Assembly: GCA_965248265.1 (NCBI GenBank)
Contig: CBDFJF010000001.1
Coordinates: 1,760,001-1,824,000 of the forward strand
DNA length: 64,000 bases
Direction: 5' to 3'
Source of the DNA: Candidatus Latescibacterota bacterium
GTDB taxonomy: Bacteria; Latescibacterota; UBA2968; UBA8231
Positions 58,277-64,000 of this stretch are shown here, in pieces (the stretch's first letter is position 1; every line of letters starts with the position of its first letter). The translations under genes and the position numbers were made by a program. The notes under the pieces are model-generated. The model made no database searches and had not been told where the DNA came from. It worked only from the letters and a program-made list of their open reading frames with translations.

Positions 58277-59035
58277 CTAGCGCTCGACTACAATCTCACC
58301 GTTGGCGTATTCCTTGCCGATGTCCCGGACAAACGAATAGGGAATGTCAACATCCTCGACCGGCTCATTGCGGTAGTCGAATCGCAGAACGCAATCCTGT
58401 ACCAGGACCTGGATTTTGCTGACGTCCGGATGCAACGCCTCAAAGACCACGAATCCCTCTACTTCCTGGCCACTGAAGATCTCTTCGTTCTTGAACATGG
58501 TTTGCCTAAGCAAGTCGACGCGAGCCTGGTAACGAGCGTACTCATTACCTCGATAGCCGATCGCATAGGCGCGATAATAGGTATCGAGTTGCTGAAGGTT
58601 CAAACTCCAGTATTCCCTGTCATTTTGCGCCGTCAGGACAATCTTCGCGGGATCGATTCTCACCTTGGGATAGGCGTAGTTCTTGACAGCCAAATGGAAA
58701 ACGGTAAACCGGCTTCGCTTCTTGGCGCCCTCCCAGAATTCCGTGTTGCCGTAGGTGTAAGGATTCGTCGACTTGGGGCCATTCTTTGACTGGGAAGCGA
58801 ACTGCCGGTTGAGTTCCTCATCAGTCAAAGGACGCAGCTTCACCTCGAGACGATCCTGTGTAAACGTCACACTGCCGTCATCGGCCACGGTCATGGCAGT
58901 CCCCTGATCGTCGATCGGCCTCAGAGGGGTGGAGTAGTGGTAATAGCCACATCCGTATGAACCCAAACCCACGGCGAGGGTCACTGCCAGGCGAGTTCCC
59001 CAACGGATCGTGAAATCATTCGCTTTCGTCGCCAT
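58277..59035 (-). CDS. Hypothetical lipoprotein
   Basis: Signal peptide with lipobox-like SYGC; continuous ORF within the operon. Confidence 0.7.
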   Translation of the reverse strand: MATKANDFTIRWGTRLAVTLAVGLGSYGCGYYHYSTPLRPIDDQGTAMTVADDGSVTFTQDRLEVKLRPLTDEELNRQFASQSKNGPKSTNPYTYGNTEFWEGAKKRSRFTVFHLAVKNYAYPKVRIDPAKIVLTAQNDREYWSLNLQQLDTYYRAYAIGYRGNEYARYQARVDLLRQTMFKNEEIFSGQEVEGFVVFEALHPDVSKIQVLVQDCVLRFDYRNEPVEDVDIPYSFVRDIGKEYANGEIVVER

Positions 59036-59078
59036 CGCTCTTGCTAGCTCCTGACTGAACCTGATTCAGTGAATTGTC

Positions 59079-59114
59079 GGACGCTAATATAGTACTATTG
59101 GACGTCAATATAGT
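59079..59114. promoter_or_regulatory. 15-bp imperfect direct repeat (21-bp period) containing TATATT on the minus strand
   Basis: GGACGCTAATATAGT and GGACGTCAATATAGT upstream of the lipoprotein gene. Confidence 0.5.
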
Positions 59115-59141
59115 GTATTTGATGGGGCAAAGGAAGCACTT

Positions 59142-60071
59142 TCACTCCCCCGCGAGGGACGCCTTGATTCGGCCCCACGAACGATCCCGCACGGCGGTTG
59201 GATCAAGGTCGGACTCCATGAGTCGCAAGTCCGAGAAACGCTCCGACAGACGGAACGAATTCTGACCTCCGGACAGTGACCACACCGCCTCAAAAATGGC
59301 CGAATGGCGGTCAAAATCGTTGAAATGCACGTTAAACCCCAGCACTTCCCCGGCCGTCAGATCGTGCCCGATGCTCTGAAACTCGGCCCCCACGTCGATC
59401 CGGTCGTAAGGCACGAGCATCATCTCATAATTGGTCGCCGTCAACCCGTTGACATCCTCTTGAAAGCTGTATGCCGCCGCGGAGAACGGTCCGTCGTGCT
59501 GGGAGTACCACTCGGCCGCCGAGAAACCCAGGAAAAAGTCCTGGTCAGGAGGCGGACCGGCAATAACGAAGTGGTTCGCCTCAGTCCCGTTTCTCCTCAG
59601 TTGCTCCGCTGCGGATAAGTCGGAGAAATCAGCGAACTGACCTCCCGAGTGATCGGCGTCGACGAACACTTCCATGTCGTCGTCCTGCCACATCAGGATC
59701 GCGGACCCTGAAGGGCGATCAATCTGGTGTATGTCGTCGAGCACCCGGGCCGCGATGTACAACCGGTTCTGGATATCGCTCCATCCGACCCACAGGCGGA
59801 CCGAAAAATCATTTTCGTCAACTTCTACTTCAGACACCAAGTCCGTAAACTGGGCAGTATCAACGGTGAACGACTCGTCGACTTCGGACCAGTCCGAGAG
59901 GTTTCCATCCACTACCGGGAGCGCACCTCGCGCGAACCCAAAGGCTGGATAGACCGTGCCGACGGGTAGATGAGCGCCGGCGATCCCGGAATACGTCAGG
60001 ACCAATGCCACGGCCGCACACGCGACGAGACCAACCTGATGTGAAAATTCTTTATGCAAAATCCGCCTCAT
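59142..60071 (-). CDS. Secreted CBM9/DOMON-like protein with C-terminal SWGRIK motif
   Basis: Signal peptide, PVVDGNLSDW, LYIAARVLDD, DDMEVFVDAD and TAVRDRSWGRIKA. Confidence 0.7.
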   Translation of the reverse strand: MRRILHKEFSHQVGLVACAAVALVLTYSGIAGAHLPVGTVYPAFGFARGALPVVDGNLSDWSEVDESFTVDTAQFTDLVSEVEVDENDFSVRLWVGWSDIQNRLYIAARVLDDIHQIDRPSGSAILMWQDDDMEVFVDADHSGGQFADFSDLSAAEQLRRNGTEANHFVIAGPPPDQDFFLGFSAAEWYSQHDGPFSAAAYSFQEDVNGLTATNYEMMLVPYDRIDVGAEFQSIGHDLTAGEVLGFNVHFNDFDRHSAIFEAVWSLSGGQNSFRLSERFSDLRLMESDLDPTAVRDRSWGRIKASLAGE

Positions 60072-60153
60072 GTTACGAAAATAATCCCGCTCTGTCAACG
60101 AGCTTGTCATGTAGGTCTAACACTATATTTTTCAATTGCTTACAAAGCACCCG

Positions 60154-63069
60154 TCAGTACGCCACGGCAATGGTGCCGCCGATTGAGCTGGCAAGTTCCC
60201 GCTGAGAAGTCCGAACGGATATTCGGTAGAGATACAACCCGGGAGCGCACAGCCTGCCCGCGTCATCCAGGCCATCCCATACCAGCGTGGCATCGCCCAC
60301 ACCTTGCAAACTTTCAGTGACGCCGTAAACGGTGTGCCCGGATAGTGAATACACCCTGAGGTTCAGCTGCCCGTGACCCAGAAAGGAGAGGGCCTGCACA
60401 TGGAAACGGACAACGTCGTTGATGTCATCTGCGTTCGGACTGAATGGATTCGGCGCCAACGACGTCAGCCTGACTCCCGGACTCACCTGGCCGGTAGCGA
60501 GAACATCCAGCGTGCTGATCTCACCAGACTGTGATGCGTCTCCGGGTTCGGCTCGTTGCCTCACCCCCTCGGACTGCAGATCGGACCAGACCCAGCTCGG
60601 GAATTGTGTAAGCCTCTGAAAAACAGGGGTTTCGAACCCGAATTCGATGGTGCGACCCTGTCCTTGCGGGAATTCGTCCAGGCCAACTGTGGACATTTTC
60701 ACCGACAACATCGGCGAGCCGTCCCGCGAGCCGTCAACACCAACCACAGCCGCAAAGATCTTCTCCCGTCCATCAAGGCTGAGTCCGTCAAGCCATTCAC
60801 TGTCAGACTGGGGCAGGTCGGGAGGCGTCTCAAGTCGGGTCCACGGCAGGCTGTCCACTCCCAACCAGAGAAGCGTCGTTCGCGATGACGGCACGGCGAT
60901 GTCGATACGATTGAAGCCCTCCGTCGGGGAATCGAACGCCGGAAGCAGAGCGTATGTGTAGGTGGAAACGACCCCCAGTTGAGCCTTGGTAGGTGTGATT
61001 TGAGCCAGGATCCCTCGGCCGGCAACCGGGACTCCATAGTCGAGCTCGATGAAATCGAGGGCGGTTCCGCCCTGCGAGTCCGCGGTGAAATCGACGCGCA
61101 GTTGGACGTAGCGGCTCAAGGGCAGACGGAAGGGAAGAGCAGCGTGAACGATCGACCCAGGGACTCCTGGCGAGAGTTCGAGCGGCGGAGACCATGGCGT
61201 CCATCCTCCCCTGATACCGTCCTCGGAGCCGAATTCGTTCATGGGCAGCGTCTTGAACCTTGCCCGTTGCACCTCGCTGAGCGCTGCGTAGCCGTAAGCG
61301 TCCAGACGGGTGCCGGGTTGAGGCCAGTCGAGGACGATGGAGTCGTCCACGAAGGGCGATTGTGACTCGGGGTTGGTTCCCCTCTGGTAGATGCGAGTGT
61401 GGGGTGAGGTCCCCGATCTGATTCGCATATGCGCATGAGCATGGTCCCCCTCGGCTTGGAGACGATATCGCACATCGCCGAGGATGACGGATTGCCCTGT
61501 GGCTTCCAAATCGACCTGTTGACTCAACGCCGATTGCGCCAGCTCATCGATATCAATGTGGTTGTCCCCATCCATGTCACGGGTGGTGAAGGACTCGAAT
61601 GACACTGGCCTCGTCGAGTCTTCGGCATCGAAAAAACGGTGAACTACCGGACGGGATTGCCCGAGATCGACGATTTCACTCACGAGAGATGCTTCGTGAG
61701 AATAACCGCTGCCGAAGACCTCGAACTCGGCGATCTCCCAGGGAATGCCAGAGTCCATATCCCCACGCAGATCGAGGGCACGCACGTTGGGGGATGGACC
61801 GAACTCGCCACCATCGAAGCGGAATTCCTTGATTGCGGGACGCACCTGGTCGACCTGTTGCGGGATGATGAAGTCGTTGACCAGTAATCGGCTTTGCAGA
61901 CTGCCATTGACCAGGCGCGTCTGCACATGATCCGGGCTGTCACTGGCATAGTGGATCTGGAATGAGGAAGGTGAACGATCGGCAAAGCCCGGCCGTGGAC
62001 GAACCCGGAGCAGATCTACCTGATAGGTTCCCAGCAACTCGACGCGAAATCCCGTGTTCTCAGTGCGCTGTGTCCAAGTCCTGGAGGTGCGGATATCGCC
62101 ATCCACGATCTGCCCGTATCCCGTGTCGCCGTGCCGGTTGGAGCCACGCTCCGCCCCGAAGCGTGCGGTGTTGAAGGGATCCCGGTGACCGTAGATACCA
62201 CTGAGAAAGCGATCGTCCTGCACCCGGTTGAGATTGCGCAGTGAATCCAGACGCACCGGTCTCAACCAGTCGGCAGGTACCAGCAGCCGGGAAACAGGTC
62301 TGGCCAGCACCGGATCACCACCGGAAACGAGTGCTTCGTAGACTCCCCGTTCGGCATCCAGGTGAAAGACCAGAGCTGCGATCTGCTGAGGGTTTAGCCC
62401 CTGCAGGTCGTACTCATACACCATCCGCCGAACGCTTTCCGGCAGAGAGATGGGAGCTGCCGCCGCGTCCTCGTCGACCAGACCGTCGCCATCGTTGTCG
62501 GTGCCATCCAGGGCGTCCTCGTTGAAACGGCCATCGTAGTCATCGTCACCGAATCCGTATCCCGCAAGATCGGCACCCGCCGAAACGGCGGTCGGGGCTC
62601 GATGGAATGGCGCCTGTGCGTAGGCTTGCGCGAGAATGGGATCCCAGAAAACACCCCCAGTGTGGCGACCGTCCTCGTTGAGCAGGCCGTCAGCGTCGTT
62701 GTCCCGCTGCCCGTCGGGACCGTCCTCATCAATCAAGCCGTCTCCGTCGTTGTCCAGGCCGTCAGGGGCGTCCTCGTTGACCAATCCGTCGGCGTCGTCG
62801 TCGACGAGATCAACCGGGTCTTCGTCTATGGCTCCGTCGCCATCGTCATCGACGACGACTTCGGTGGCATGGGATCCACCCCATGCGTAATCCGGTCGAT
62901 AGGACTCACCGGCATCGAACAGCTGGCTCACGGGGTGGAGACGCCATGGATGTTGGGCGTCGCCGAAACGCCAGGCAGTCGTTTGAGCCGATGGTTCTCC
63001 AGGTCGCAGAAGGCAAATCGTCAACCCGATGAGACCGGAACCCACCCTTGAGACGACAGTTGAGCTCAT
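60154..63069 (-). CDS. Large secreted protein with Ca-binding DxDxDG repeats and C-terminal FlgD-Ig-like domain
   Basis: Signal peptide, six DxDxDGxxxED repeats, PNPFSPNAD...VYSLSG...WDGLDDAG...PGLYLYRI. Confidence 0.8.
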   Translation of the reverse strand: MSSTVVSRVGSGLIGLTICLLRPGEPSAQTTAWRFGDAQHPWRLHPVSQLFDAGESYRPDYAWGGSHATEVVVDDDGDGAIDEDPVDLVDDDADGLVNEDAPDGLDNDGDGLIDEDGPDGQRDNDADGLLNEDGRHTGGVFWDPILAQAYAQAPFHRAPTAVSAGADLAGYGFGDDDYDGRFNEDALDGTDNDGDGLVDEDAAAAPISLPESVRRMVYEYDLQGLNPQQIAALVFHLDAERGVYEALVSGGDPVLARPVSRLLVPADWLRPVRLDSLRNLNRVQDDRFLSGIYGHRDPFNTARFGAERGSNRHGDTGYGQIVDGDIRTSRTWTQRTENTGFRVELLGTYQVDLLRVRPRPGFADRSPSSFQIHYASDSPDHVQTRLVNGSLQSRLLVNDFIIPQQVDQVRPAIKEFRFDGGEFGPSPNVRALDLRGDMDSGIPWEIAEFEVFGSGYSHEASLVSEIVDLGQSRPVVHRFFDAEDSTRPVSFESFTTRDMDGDNHIDIDELAQSALSQQVDLEATGQSVILGDVRYRLQAEGDHAHAHMRIRSGTSPHTRIYQRGTNPESQSPFVDDSIVLDWPQPGTRLDAYGYAALSEVQRARFKTLPMNEFGSEDGIRGGWTPWSPPLELSPGVPGSIVHAALPFRLPLSRYVQLRVDFTADSQGGTALDFIELDYGVPVAGRGILAQITPTKAQLGVVSTYTYALLPAFDSPTEGFNRIDIAVPSSRTTLLWLGVDSLPWTRLETPPDLPQSDSEWLDGLSLDGREKIFAAVVGVDGSRDGSPMLSVKMSTVGLDEFPQGQGRTIEFGFETPVFQRLTQFPSWVWSDLQSEGVRQRAEPGDASQSGEISTLDVLATGQVSPGVRLTSLAPNPFSPNADDINDVVRFHVQALSFLGHGQLNLRVYSLSGHTVYGVTESLQGVGDATLVWDGLDDAGRLCAPGLYLYRISVRTSQRELASSIGGTIAVAY

Positions 63070-64000
63070 TTCAATACCGCTCGCTCTTGAACCAACTCGG
63101 CGATCGACTCATCATGCCAGACCACATCGCTGCCATAGGCCTGCCTCAAGCCGTCGATGTAGCGCTCGAACTCATCCGCATTCTTCTCACGTTTGAGCTT
63201 GTATTCGAGGATGGGCCGCACCGATTCGAAGGGACGAGGCCGGGACCCGGTGCGGCCTTCGATGCGAACGATGGCGTACCCGCCCTCCCCCAGCTCGATG
63301 GGCCCGATCAGGGAGTCGACGTCACCCCCCTTTATGGCCTCCCGGATGTGAGCGAGATCGGCATCTTCGTCGGCTCCGGGGAACTCGCTCACGTGACGGT
63401 GACCATGGGATGTTCTCCGGGTGCTGTAGCGGCGCGACAGCTCAACCATGTCTTCGCCTGTCACCACACGCCGCCGCAGCTGCCGTGCCAGTCGCAGACT
63501 GTCGGTGAAAATCTCCGTTATCTCGGTGGCCGGTTGCTCCGAGTACTCATCGATGTCCTGCTCGTAGTGTTGGCGCAGTTCCTCGTCGGTGATGACGATG
63601 CGCTCGATAACCTGCTTTTTTCGAAGATGGGTGACGGCCAGTTTCTCCAAGCGACGTTGGTGGAAACGCACGAAAGCCGAATCCTGGTCGAGGCCCCGTC
63701 TCCGAGCCTCCCAAACAAGGAGACTGTCGGCGAGTATTCGAGTCCGTATGGCCGCGACAAAACTCGAACTGTCTACAATCGCGTCACGGCCCAGGGCACC
63801 GGATCGCAGAAGTCGGATGCCGTCACCGACCCGCAACAACACCATGTCGGCCCCGCGAACCACTAGAGGCTGGCCTAGAGGCTGGCCGGATTGGGGAAAT
63901 ACCTGGCTGCCATCTTGGTGAGCGATATGCTCCTGCAGCTGGACAATGGCGGAGCCATGGTACGCCAGCTCGAAACGGGTCTCCAGACGGATGAGCAACC
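63066..64000 (-). CDS. PpiC-type peptidyl-prolyl isomerase (partial, runs off the window)
   Basis: ITDEELRQHYE, ELSRRYS, IGPIEL and PRPFESVR. Confidence 0.75.
   Translation of the reverse strand, partial: LLIRLETRFELAYHGSAIVQLQEHIAHQDGSQVFPQSGQPLGQPLVVRGADMVLLRVGDGIRLLRSGALGRDAIVDSSSFVAAIRTRILADSLLVWEARRRGLDQDSAFVRFHQRRLEKLAVTHLRKKQVIERIVITDEELRQHYEQDIDEYSEQPATEITEIFTDSLRLARQLRRRVVTGEDMVELSRRYSTRRTSHGHRHVSEFPGADEDADLAHIREAIKGGDVDSLIGPIELGEGGYAIVRIEGRTGSRPRPFESVRPILEYKLKREKNADEFERYIDGLRQAYGSDVVWHDESIAELVQERAVLK

Noticed and set aside
62467-62850. Periodic DNA repeats as a CRISPR or non-coding array
   Set aside because: They are degenerate at synonymous positions and encode Asp-rich protein repeats.

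Overview
GC-rich bacterial chromosomal window with about 55 genes and no rRNA, tRNA or CRISPR array that I can see. The gene content includes five PhyH-family dioxygenases, enolase-superfamily and Gfo/Idh/MocA enzymes, dockerin-like DFDGDG tails, an SWGxIK C-terminus and a PorV-like barrel. This suggests an FCB-group organism such as Candidatus Latescibacterota, which is an inference. Highlights: (1) A hidden selenoprotein that the ORF track splits in two. 13216-13899 reads through an in-frame TGA at 13402 to give a UxxC thioredoxin-fold active site, followed by a SECIS-like hairpin. It sits in an operon with a CxxC TlpA and a DUF6029-like barrel carrying a C-terminal Cys pair. (2) A 12.7 kb minus-strand locus resembling a non-canonical T9SS-like export machine: PorV-like barrel, 1080-aa TPR protein, ExbB, ExbD, a DUF4159 protein with a TonB-type SxxxH helix, candidate cargo and a PPIase. 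(3) A decayed integron-cassette-like region at 0-4.9 kb with attC-like ends. (4) A circularly permuted TrxR-like flavoprotein fused to a NapH-like membrane polyferredoxin. (5) A truncated non-canonical GH32 beside a probable insertion. Several +1 frameshifts fall in homopolymer runs and may be sequencing errors. All product calls come from motif recognition by eye, with no database searches.
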